Assembly (NCBI GenBank): GCA_964557415.1
Contig: CAZLBB010000015.1
Location: forward strand, 616 to 64,615
Direction: 5' to 3'
DNA length: 64,000 bases
Source: an uncultured Rhodospirillaceae bacterium
GTDB taxonomy: Bacteria > Pseudomonadota > Alphaproteobacteria > JAEULC01
Shown here: one piece after another, positions 10,001 to 17,782 of the stretch
Position numbering within the stretch: the stretch's first letter is position 1
Layout: the number at the start of each line of letters is the position of its first letter
The notes under the pieces: model-generated
Databases searched by the model: none
Seen by the model: only the letters and a program-made list of their open reading frames with translations
Told to the model about the DNA's origin: nothing
Program-made: the position numbers and the translations under genes

Positions 10001-10197
10001 GTGACCTGGTCCTCGACCACCTGCGGCGCCTGGCCCGGGTACTCGGTGTAGACGATCACCTGGACGTCGGAGAGGTCGGGGATCGCGTCGAGCGGCACGC
10101 GCGTCACGGAATAGAGGCCGGCGGCCACCAGCAAGACGGTCGCGACCAGGACCAGGAAGACGTTCCGGGCCGACCAGCGGATGACGGCGGCGATCAT
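7051..10197 (-). CDS. cusA: CusA/CzcA-family heavy-metal efflux RND transporter (copper/silver type by context)
   Basis: Track ORF, 1048 aa; N-terminus [23 protein letters not shown]...[34 protein letters not shown], typical CusA; adjacent cusB and cusF. Confidence 0.9.
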   Translation of the reverse strand: [1048 protein letters not shown]

Positions 10198-11618
10198 GGC
10201 TGCTGCTCCCCGTTCGCCGCGGGCGGTGGCGACGTGAAGGCCTGGAGCGCGGCCTTGAGGTTGCTTTCGGCGTCGATCAGGAAGGTGGCGCTGGTGACGA
10301 CCTCTTCGCCCTCGGCCAGGCCTTCGATGACCTCGACCATGCCCTCGCCGCGCCGGCCGATTTTGACCGCGCGCGGCTCGAAGCGGCCTTCGCCCCGGGC
10401 GACCAGCACGACCTGCCGCATGCCGCTGTCGATCACCGCGCTGTCGGGTGCCGCGATCACGGCGGCGCCGCTGCCGCCGGCGCCGATCGTCACGTGGGCG
10501 AACATGTCGGTCTTGAGCATCAGATCGGGATTAGGCAGCTCGATGCGCACGCGCGCGGTGCGCGTCTCGGGCTTGAGGTCGGGGTAGACGAAGGTGACCT
10601 TGCCTTCGCGCTCCTCGCCCGGCAGCGCCAGGAAGACGGCGGTGGCGCGATCGCCGATCCGCACCTGCGGCAGCTCCTGCTCCGGCACCTCGGCGATGAC
10701 CCAGACGGTGCCGAGGTCGGCGATGCGATAGAGCTCGCTGCCCATCGCCGCGCGCTGGCCGTCGATCACCTTCTTCTCCAGCACGATCCCGCTCATCGGC
10801 GACGGCCAGTCGATCGTGCGCGGGTTGGCACCGGTCGCGCGCACCTCGCGGATGCGAGCCTCGGGCAGGTCGAGATTGCGCAGCCGCTGCATCGGTCCCT
10901 CTATCATCGAATTGGGGATGGACGGATCGGCGTCGCCGCCGGTGCCGCCGCGCGCCTTGTGCTCGCGCGTCGCGACGATCAGGTCCACCTGCGCCTGCTG
11001 CAGCTGCGCGCTGTAGACGCGGAACAGCGGCTGGCCGGCCTTCACGCTCTGGCCGGTCGCGTTGACGAACAGCTCCTCGATGAAGCCGTCGAAGCGCAGC
11101 GTCACCGACTTGATGCGTCGCTCGTCGAGCTTGACCGTGCCCGGCACGCGCACGGGCGTCGCCAGCACGCGCCGCTCCACCTTCCCCGTGCGCACGCCGC
11201 TGCGCTGCACGCGGTCGAGGCTTACCTTCACAATCGAGCCGTCCTCCGGCTCCTCGCCCTCGTGGACGGCGATGTAGTCCATGCCCATCCAGTCCTTCTT
11301 GGGTGTCGGCGACGTGTCGGGCAGGCCCATCGGGTTGCGGTAGTAGAGGATGCGCCTGCCGCCCGCCGTTTCGGGCGTGGCGCGGGACCCGGACGGTGCC
11401 CCAGGCGCGGCGCTCGCGTCGCCGCCCGACGCGACGGCCGCGCCGGCCAGCTGCCGTGGCCACAGGGCTTCAAGCGAACGGCCCTGGCCCAGCCAGAATC
11501 CGGCGGCTCCGGCGGTTGCGACCGCCGCCAGCGCCAGGGCGACCGCGGCGCCGCGGCGCGCCAAGCCGGCGGCCCGGGAGGAATCCGTGCTCGACTCGTT
11601 TGTGGACATACTTGCCAC
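10194..11618 (-). CDS. cusB: CusB-like RND efflux periplasmic adaptor (MFP)
   Basis: Track ORF, 474 aa; stop overlaps cusA start; membrane-fusion-protein-like sequence. Confidence 0.85.
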   Translation of the reverse strand: MASMSTNESSTDSSRAAGLARRGAAVALALAAVATAGAAGFWLGQGRSLEALWPRQLAGAAVASGGDASAAPGAPSGSRATPETAGGRRILYYRNPMGLPDTSPTPKKDWMGMDYIAVHEGEEPEDGSIVKVSLDRVQRSGVRTGKVERRVLATPVRVPGTVKLDERRIKSVTLRFDGFIEELFVNATGQSVKAGQPLFRVYSAQLQQAQVDLIVATREHKARGGTGGDADPSIPNSMIEGPMQRLRNLDLPEARIREVRATGANPRTIDWPSPMSGIVLEKKVIDGQRAAMGSELYRIADLGTVWVIAEVPEQELPQVRIGDRATAVFLALPGEEREGKVTFVYPDLKPETRTARVRIELPNPDLMLKTDMFAHVTIGAGGSGAAVIAAPDSAVIDSGMRQVVLVARGEGRFEPRAVKIGRRGEGMVEVIEGLAEGEEVVTSATFLIDAESNLKAALQAFTSPPPAANGEQQP

Positions 11619-11739
11619 CCATCATCGGCCGGGCGCCCGTCTTGTCGGGGGCACCCGGCTACTCTCGCGGCACACGCCGCGAAGGAACATGCCGAAGGCG
11701 CGACCCGGAGGGCCGGCCGCGTCGGTCGGTCTGGGGGCT

Positions 11740-12081
11740 CTAAGCGCGCGGAGGCGGCTTGTCGGGCAGGAGGCGCTGTCCGTCCGAAATTGCTTCGGCG
11801 TCGGCGATGGCCGTGGGGATGGTCGCAACGAGCGGCATCGTGTCGGTCGCGAGGCCGACGTGCTGCAGCGAGCAGGCGCTCACGGCGCAGGCCGCGTAGC
11901 TGCAGTCCGCCATGCACGGCATGCCGGCGCAACCGTCTTCCATCGGCACCAGCGAAACCTGCTCATGGCCGATGGCGGGCGTACCCGAAGAGCATACGAC
12001 CTCGGCGCCTCCCGACACCGTCAAGGGCACCAGCATGGTGAGCACGAACAGGATCGTTCGCAGCACGCGCGACATGGTCAT
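11740..12081 (-). CDS. small secreted Cys/Met/His-rich protein (candidate periplasmic metal-binding; DUF2946-like by recollection only)
   Basis: Track ORF, 113 aa; signal peptide MTMSRVLRTILFVLTMLVPLTVSG; motif CAGMPCMADCSYAACAVSAC; paralog of 16274..16651. Confidence 0.6.
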   Translation of the reverse strand: MTMSRVLRTILFVLTMLVPLTVSGGAEVVCSSGTPAIGHEQVSLVPMEDGCAGMPCMADCSYAACAVSACSLQHVGLATDTMPLVATIPTAIADAEAISDGQRLLPDKPPPRA

Positions 12082-12250
12082 ACCTTGCCGTCATTCCCTA
12101 AAGGAGTAATTGACGCAGATCAGTTCACATCGCTGCGAGCCAAGCCTCAGGCGCGCTGATCCCGGGCTTTCCCGCGACACAGAGCCGGAAAAACCGGGCG
12201 TTGCCAAGCAACTGGGCGGCAGCCGCCGATGGCGCGGAGGCTTCCGGCGG

Positions 12251-12562
12251 CTATTTGGGCTCGACCGACTCGAGCCAGAATGCGCCCTTCTCGCGGATCA
12301 GCGCGAATCTCACCTGCTGCCCTTCCTTCACGGCGTCCAGCAGCTTCGGGTCCTTCACCCGGAACACCATGGTCATGGCCGACATCTTCATCTCCGGGAT
12401 GGGTCCGTGCCGCAGCGTGATCTTGGCCTGCTCGCGGTCAATCTTGCGCACTTCGCCCTCGCCGCGGCCGGATTCGGCCTGGGCAAGCGCCGGGGGCGTC
12501 GCGCCGGCCGTTCCCATGGCGATGAGGAATGCGGCGGCGAGGGTGTGCAGTCGACGCTTCAC
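12251..12562 (-). CDS. cusF: CusF-like periplasmic Cu(I)/Ag(I)-binding protein
   Basis: Track ORF, 103 aa; signal peptide; GEVRKIDREQAKITLRHGPIPEMKMSAMTMVF (His/Met metal site typical of CusF). Confidence 0.8.
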   Translation of the reverse strand: MKRRLHTLAAAFLIAMGTAGATPPALAQAESGRGEGEVRKIDREQAKITLRHGPIPEMKMSAMTMVFRVKDPKLLDAVKEGQQVRFALIREKGAFWLESVEPK

Positions 12563-12563
12563 G

Positions 12564-13079
12564 TCAGCCTCCGACGTTCTTCTCGGTGACGATGATTTCG
12601 CCTTTCATCCCGGCCTCGAAATGGCCGGGGATCAGGCAGCCGAAGTAGAACCTTCCCGGCCTGGTGAATTTCCAGACCAGCGTGCTCGTTCCGCCGCCCT
12701 CGGCGCTGGCCGCGTTCGGGTCGTCGTGCTCCATCTCCGGAAAGCGCTGCATCTCCTCGGCGTGCTCGGCCAGTTCGTCCAGCGTCCCCAGCACCATTTC
12801 GTGCTTCTGGGCGCCGACATTCCGCAATTGGAAGCGGATCGTTTCGCCGGCGCGGATGCTCACCCGGTCCGGCACGAAGCGGAACTCGTCGTTCATCACG
12901 ATCCGGATTGTCCGCGCCGGCGCCTTCGGGTCGCCCGGCTCGCCGAGCGCTTCGCCATGGCCCGGCTTGGCGGGAGTGGGCGCCGGTCCCATCTTGGCGT
13001 GCGGCTCCGGCCCGTGCGCCCAGGCGGCGTCAAACCAGCCGAGAGCGACCGAGGCGACAAGCATCGCAGTGAACTTCAT
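12564..13079 (-). CDS. periplasmic cupredoxin (blue-copper, pseudoazurin/CopI-like)
   Basis: Part of track ORF 12564..13121 from MKFTAMLVASVALGWFDAAWA signal; C-terminal FGCLIPGHFEAGMKGEI type-1 copper ligand motif. Confidence 0.8.
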   Translation of the reverse strand: MKFTAMLVASVALGWFDAAWAHGPEPHAKMGPAPTPAKPGHGEALGEPGDPKAPARTIRIVMNDEFRFVPDRVSIRAGETIRFQLRNVGAQKHEMVLGTLDELAEHAEEMQRFPEMEHDDPNAASAEGGGTSTLVWKFTRPGRFYFGCLIPGHFEAGMKGEIIVTEKNVGG

Positions 13080-13108
13080 GAGATCGAGTCTCCCATTCCT
13101 GTTGGGCG

Positions 13109-14392
13109 TTATGCTTTCCACTCATAGGCGACGGTTCCCTTCGGGTGGCTGTACCAGCCCGGGTCCCTGTAGTCGCCGCGCGCAAGCCCTTCCCTGACCT
13201 TGACCACCGTGAACATGCCGCCCATCTCGATCGGCCCGAACGGGCCGGTCCCGGTCATCATCGGCAGCGTGTTCTCGGGCAAAGGCATTTCCATCTCGCC
13301 CATGTCGGCCATGCCGCGCTCGCCCATCAGCATGTAGTCGGGCACGAGCGTGGTGATCCTCTTGGCGACCTTGCGATGGTCGACACCGATCATGTTGGGC
13401 ACGTCGTGGCCCATCGCGTTCATCGTGTGGTGGGACTTGTGGCAGTGCAGCGCCCAGTCGCCGGCCACGTCGGCGTCGAATTCGAAGGCGCGCATCGAGC
13501 CGACCGGCATGTCGATCGTCGTCTCGGGCCAGCGGGCCGAAGGCGGCACCCAGCCGCCGTCGGTGCATGTGACGCTGAAGTGGTAGCCGTGCATGTGGAT
13601 CGGATGGTTGGTCATGGTCAGGTTGCCCATGCGCACGCGCACGCGATCGCCGCGCCGAATGACCAGATGATCGATGCCCGGGAAGACGCGGCTGTTGAAC
13701 GACCACAGATTGAAGTCGAGCATGGTCGCGGTCGTCGGCGTCGCCGCGCCGGGCTTGATGTCGTAGGCGTTGACGAGGAAGCCGAAGTCTCGATCGACGC
13801 GGAACTGCGCCGGATCGCGCGGATGCACGATGAACAGGCCCATCATGCCCATCGCCATCTGCACCATCTCGTCGGCGTGCGGGTGATACATGAAGGTCCC
13901 GCTCTTCTTCAGCTCGAACTCGTAGACGTAGGTCTTTCCGACGGGAATCTGCGGCTGCGTCAGGCCGCCGACGCCGTCCATGCCCGACGGCAGCAGCATG
14001 CCGTGCCAGTGGATCGTCGTGTGCTCGGGCAGGCGGTTGGTGACGAAGATGCGGACCCTGTCACCCTCGACGGCTTCGATCGTCGGACCCGGGCTTTCGC
14101 CGTTGTAGCCCCAGAGATTCGCCTTCATGCCGGGCGCAAGCTCGCGCACGACCGGCTCGGCCACGAGATGGAACTCCTTCCAGCCGTTGTTCACCCGCCA
14201 GGGCGCCGACCAGCCGTTCAGGGTGACGATCGGGTTGAAGGGGCGGCCGTTCGGCGGCGGCGGCGGCACCTGCGTGGCGGGACCGCGCGCCGGATAGGCG
14301 GGATCCGGCAAGGCGGCGAGCGAGGAACGGGCCACGAGCCCGGCGCCGAGGGCGGCGGCGCCGGCGGACAGGATGGTTCGGCGGGTCATCAT
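13109..14392 (-). CDS. multicopper oxidase (CopA/PcoA/CueO family), Tat-exported
   Basis: Part of track ORF 13109..14440 from MMTRRTILSAGAAALGAG (twin-arginine); HWHG, HPIHMHG, HCHKSHH copper-site motifs. Confidence 0.85.
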   Translation of the reverse strand: MMTRRTILSAGAAALGAGLVARSSLAALPDPAYPARGPATQVPPPPPNGRPFNPIVTLNGWSAPWRVNNGWKEFHLVAEPVVRELAPGMKANLWGYNGESPGPTIEAVEGDRVRIFVTNRLPEHTTIHWHGMLLPSGMDGVGGLTQPQIPVGKTYVYEFELKKSGTFMYHPHADEMVQMAMGMMGLFIVHPRDPAQFRVDRDFGFLVNAYDIKPGAATPTTATMLDFNLWSFNSRVFPGIDHLVIRRGDRVRVRMGNLTMTNHPIHMHGYHFSVTCTDGGWVPPSARWPETTIDMPVGSMRAFEFDADVAGDWALHCHKSHHTMNAMGHDVPNMIGVDHRKVAKRITTLVPDYMLMGERGMADMGEMEMPLPENTLPMMTGTGPFGPIEMGGMFTVVKVREGLARGDYRDPGWYSHPKGTVAYEWKA

Positions 14393-14411
14393 GGCGGGAT
14401 TCCTTCCTTGC

Positions 14412-15833
14412 TCAATGCGCCGGCACGGACAGGCCGGCACCGGCGGCGACGCTGCGCAAGGGCCGGGATGCCTCGGGCGCGCCGCCGATCAACGTCACGA
14501 ACTGCAGGTCGGTTTCGGCGAGGCGGAAATCGCGCGCGGCCTCGATCGCCGCGACCACGACGCCGATCTGCTCGCGGGCGTCGGTCAGCAGCTCGAATAC
14601 GCTCACCAGCATGCCGTTGTACCGGAGCAGCAGCTCTTCCGAGATGCGCTTGCGCAGCGGCACGACCTCGTCGCGATAGTGGCGCGCGATGTCGTAGGCG
14701 GTGCGATACGACACGAAGGCGGTGCGCGCCTCGGACCGGGTGTTGATGGCGAGCGCTGCCAGACGGTTCACCGACTGCATGTAGGTCTGTTCCGCGCGCG
14801 ACGCGCGCGCGTCGCCGAGGTCGAAGATCGGCACTTCGAACGAGACCTCGAAGCCCTTTTGCGACACGCCGGCACGCTCGGTTTTCGACAGGTAGCCGGC
14901 TTCCAGCACATTGACGAAGCGCGTCGCGCGCGAAAGGTCGAGCGACTTGCGCAGCGCATCCGTGTCGGATTTCGCGACCTGGATGTCGTAGCGGGTGGCG
15001 ACGGCGCGCGCCTCGATGTCGGCCGCCTCTTCGATCCGGTCCGGCAGGTCCGGCAGGCGCGGCGGCAGGGTGAACGCGACGTTCTCGCCCCAAAGGCCCA
15101 GGAGCCGCGTCAGCGCCTCGCGCTCGCTCGCGGCATGCAGGCGCGCCCGTGCCAGCAGGCCGGCCGACTCGGCATAGAAGGCCTGCTGGCGCGCGGCGTC
15201 CAGCGCGCTGAAATTGCCGACCTGCCGCATCTGGCGCCCCAGCAAGGCCTGCGCCTCGGCCGCGTCCTTCGCCTGCGCGACGAAGGCGGCGATCTGCTCG
15301 GCCGCCACGGCCTTGATCCAGGCGCGCCGCGTCTCGGCCGCTAGCTGCAGCACGTCGCCGGCAGCCCGCAGCTTCGACTGCTCGAAGCGCCGCTGCTCGA
15401 TCAGGTAGTTGATGGGAAACACGAGGAACCCGAGGACGTTGACCGAGACATGGCGCTCGATCTCGAGCTCGCCGCTGCCCATGATCTTCGAATAGGAGAA
15501 GCCCGGGTTGGGTGGCCGGCTGGCAGCGGCAAGGTCCGCGGCCGCGATGCCGAGCTCGGCGAAGGAAGCCTGCAGGCCGCGGTTGTTCAAGAGCGCGACC
15601 TTGATCGCCTCATCCATGCCGAGCGGCTGGGCCAGCAGCGCGCGCGCCTGCTCTCGGAGCGCCTCGCGCTCCTTTTCCGAGGTGGCGTAGGTGGCGGCGA
15701 TGCCCGTGGTCGGGCGGGTCGTCGCGGCGACTTCCTCGATGGCCTCGTCGCGGAAGGTCGAGGCGCAGGCCGTGAGGCCGAGCGTCAGCACGCCGACCGC
15801 GACCGCACCGAGCTTGCGTCGGATGGCTGTCAT
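14412..15833 (-). CDS. TolC/CusC-like outer membrane efflux lipoprotein (NodT family)
   Basis: Part of track ORF 14412..16097 from MTAIRRKLGAVAVGVLTLGLTAC (lipobox); OMF repeats. Confidence 0.85.
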   Translation of the reverse strand: MTAIRRKLGAVAVGVLTLGLTACASTFRDEAIEEVAATTRPTTGIAATYATSEKEREALREQARALLAQPLGMDEAIKVALLNNRGLQASFAELGIAAADLAAASRPPNPGFSYSKIMGSGELEIERHVSVNVLGFLVFPINYLIEQRRFEQSKLRAAGDVLQLAAETRRAWIKAVAAEQIAAFVAQAKDAAEAQALLGRQMRQVGNFSALDAARQQAFYAESAGLLARARLHAASEREALTRLLGLWGENVAFTLPPRLPDLPDRIEEAADIEARAVATRYDIQVAKSDTDALRKSLDLSRATRFVNVLEAGYLSKTERAGVSQKGFEVSFEVPIFDLGDARASRAEQTYMQSVNRLAALAINTRSEARTAFVSYRTAYDIARHYRDEVVPLRKRISEELLLRYNGMLVSVFELLTDAREQIGVVVAAIEAARDFRLAETDLQFVTLIGGAPEASRPLRSVAAGAGLSVPAH

Positions 15834-15843
15834 GGACGCTCCC

Positions 15844-16200
15844 TCAGGGCTTGTGATGCTGGTGTTGTGCGTCGCCGGGCGTCTGGCCGGTCGGCGCCTG
15901 CTCGCCGGCCGGTCGCTCGCCGGCCGGTGCTTCCTCGAGGTGACCCATATGGCCGCCAAGGCGCCCCACGGCGTCGTTGGCGTCGCGCCACGAGGCTTTG
16001 GGGCCGTCCCGCCAGCCTTCGTAGCCGTCGAATGCCGAGCGATAGATGATGCCGGGCGCGGGCGCGCCGGGATCGCTCGGGTCGGCCGCCCGGGCAAACG
16101 GCATGGCGGCCAGCAAGCACGGCAGCAGCGATGTCAGGGCGGCGATCGCGATGCCGGGATTCCGCGCCGGCGGCATGCCGGGGCGTATTGAGGGCTTCAT
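15844..16200 (-). CDS. small secreted His-rich protein (candidate periplasmic metal-binding)
   Basis: Track ORF, 118 aa; signal peptide; C-terminal GGHMGHLEE...DAQHQHHKP; 10 nt upstream of the OMF gene. Confidence 0.5.
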   Translation of the reverse strand: MKPSIRPGMPPARNPGIAIAALTSLLPCLLAAMPFARAADPSDPGAPAPGIIYRSAFDGYEGWRDGPKASWRDANDAVGRLGGHMGHLEEAPAGERPAGEQAPTGQTPGDAQHQHHKP

Positions 16201-16273
16201 GACTGCTCCGCACGCACGTAACGCGACGGAACGCGCCGACAGGGGGCACGGTCCGCAAACGACTGACGTCGGA

Positions 16274-16651
16274 TCAGCGTGGCGGACGGTCGAGCGGTGG
16301 CGGGAACAGGCCGGCTGCGCCTTCGACCAGGCGGCTCAACAGGATGGACACGTCGGCGTCAACCGCAGCGATGCCCTGTTCCCCCGGCGCCACGCAACTG
16401 GCGCTTCCCCCAGTGCAATAGGCGTGGAGCGGCTCGTGCGCGCAACCGGAGTCTCCGTGCGGCGTATGATCGCTTGCCATTGCCGGCGCGACCGGGGCTC
16501 GAACCTGCGCTTCGTCCGCCGGCATGGTCGCGGTGTCGTTTCGGTCGCGCGCCGCTGTCTCACGGTCTTGATGGGCGCTGCCATGCGCGTACGCCGCGGG
16601 AATGGCCGTGAACGCCATGAGGAGCGCGACGACCAGCCCGGCAAGGAGCAT
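16274..16651 (-). CDS. small secreted Cys-rich protein, paralog of 11740..12081
   Basis: Part of track ORF 16274..16786 from MLLAGLVVALLMAFTAIPAAYA signal; CAHEPLHAYCTGGSASC; shared C-terminal tail with the other paralog. Confidence 0.55.
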   Translation of the reverse strand: MLLAGLVVALLMAFTAIPAAYAHGSAHQDRETAARDRNDTATMPADEAQVRAPVAPAMASDHTPHGDSGCAHEPLHAYCTGGSASCVAPGEQGIAAVDADVSILLSRLVEGAAGLFPPPLDRPPR

Positions 16652-17015
16652 CCATGCCGGTTTGCACACGCGCGACGAAGCGCAGGGCCATCGATGCGAT
16701 GCTAGGCAGGACACCATGCTCTCGCTCTTAGAGTCGGTCCCCTGAGACGTCAAGGGCATTCGCGGGGGGCAGGCGGTAACAAGCACGACAATTTGATGGC
16801 CTTATCCGTTGGGGCCTCGCTCGCGGAGCTTGCACTGGCGGCCGTCCCGACAATTTCGTGGAAGCAGTGTTGGTGCACCCGCCGTCCAAATGACCGCCGA
16901 CGGCCCTCTTCCATGGCCGCGGTACGGCAGGCGACAGCAATGCACGTCCTTTGCAACTGCCGCGGTCCCGTGCCAAGCTTCGGCGACCGCAAATAGGGGA
17001 CGGGGGCGATCGATC

Positions 17016-17768
17016 ATGACCGCGTTGCGCGAGGTGAGGCAGGCCGAGGACGTGGAGTGGCAGCTGCGTTGCGACCTCGCGGCGTCGTTCCGCGTGCAGG
17101 CGCGGCTCGGCATGAACGAGCATATCGGCAACCACCACAGCCTGATGCTGCCGGGCTCCGATACGCTGTTCCTCATCAACCCGCGCGGGCTGCTGTTTCA
17201 GGAGATCACCGCCAGCAAGCTGATCGTCTGCGACCTCGACGGCAACGTCGTGCGCGGGCGGGGCGAGCTGCGCAAGGTCGCGTTCCACATCCACACGCGC
17301 ATCCACCTGGCGCATCCGCAGGCCATATGCGTGATGCACGCCCATCCGCACTATCTGACCGCGCTGTCGCTGATGGAAGGCGGCCGGATGCAACTGTCGC
17401 ACCACAACGACCTCATGCTCTACGACCGCATCGTCTACGACGACGAGGCGCACGGGCCGGTGCACGACAACTCGGAAGGCGACCGCATCGCGCGCGTCAT
17501 GGGCGACAAGACCATCATGGTGATGGCCAACCACGGCGTCACCGTCGTGGGCCCGACCGTGCACGACGCCTTCGACGAGCTCTACATGGCCGAACGCACC
17601 TGCATGTACCAGATGACCGCGCGCATGGCAGGCGGCACGCTGCGGCGCCAGCCCGACGCGCTGCGCCGGCATCACCGCACAGCCTTCGGCGACTACTACG
17701 ATTCGCGGCTGCACCTCGACGCGTGGCGGCGCATCCTCGACCGCGAGGAACCGGACTACGCGAGCTGA
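17016..17768 (+). CDS. class II aldolase/adducin-family protein
   Basis: In-frame part of track ORF 16809..17768 from MTALREV; HIHTRIHLAHPQAICVMHAHPHY metal-binding His motif. Confidence 0.8.
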   Translation: MTALREVRQAEDVEWQLRCDLAASFRVQARLGMNEHIGNHHSLMLPGSDTLFLINPRGLLFQEITASKLIVCDLDGNVVRGRGELRKVAFHIHTRIHLAHPQAICVMHAHPHYLTALSLMEGGRMQLSHHNDLMLYDRIVYDDEAHGPVHDNSEGDRIARVMGDKTIMVMANHGVTVVGPTVHDAFDELYMAERTCMYQMTARMAGGTLRRQPDALRRHHRTAFGDYYDSRLHLDAWRRILDREEPDYAS

Positions 17769-17782
17769 ACCAAGGACCGCCC

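Noticed and set aside
8956-10587. 543-aa + strand ORF antisense to cusA/cusB, and similar + strand ORFs 3224..4615, 5246..6214
   Set aside because: Shadow ORFs within confidently assigned minus-strand membrane protein genes.
12081-12251. CueR/MerR-type dyad or CopR box in the gap after cusF
   Set aside because: Only weak partial CCTT...AAGG symmetry (CCTTTAGGGAATGACGGCAAGG), with no convincing 7-bp spaced dyad. I could not support a specific regulator site.
16660-17016. possible tRNA or small RNA in the 356-nt gap upstream of the copper array
   Set aside because: No cloverleaf-compatible arms or T-loop GTTC motif found; only a weak imperfect palindrome around GACGTC. It is treated as promoter/intergenic DNA.
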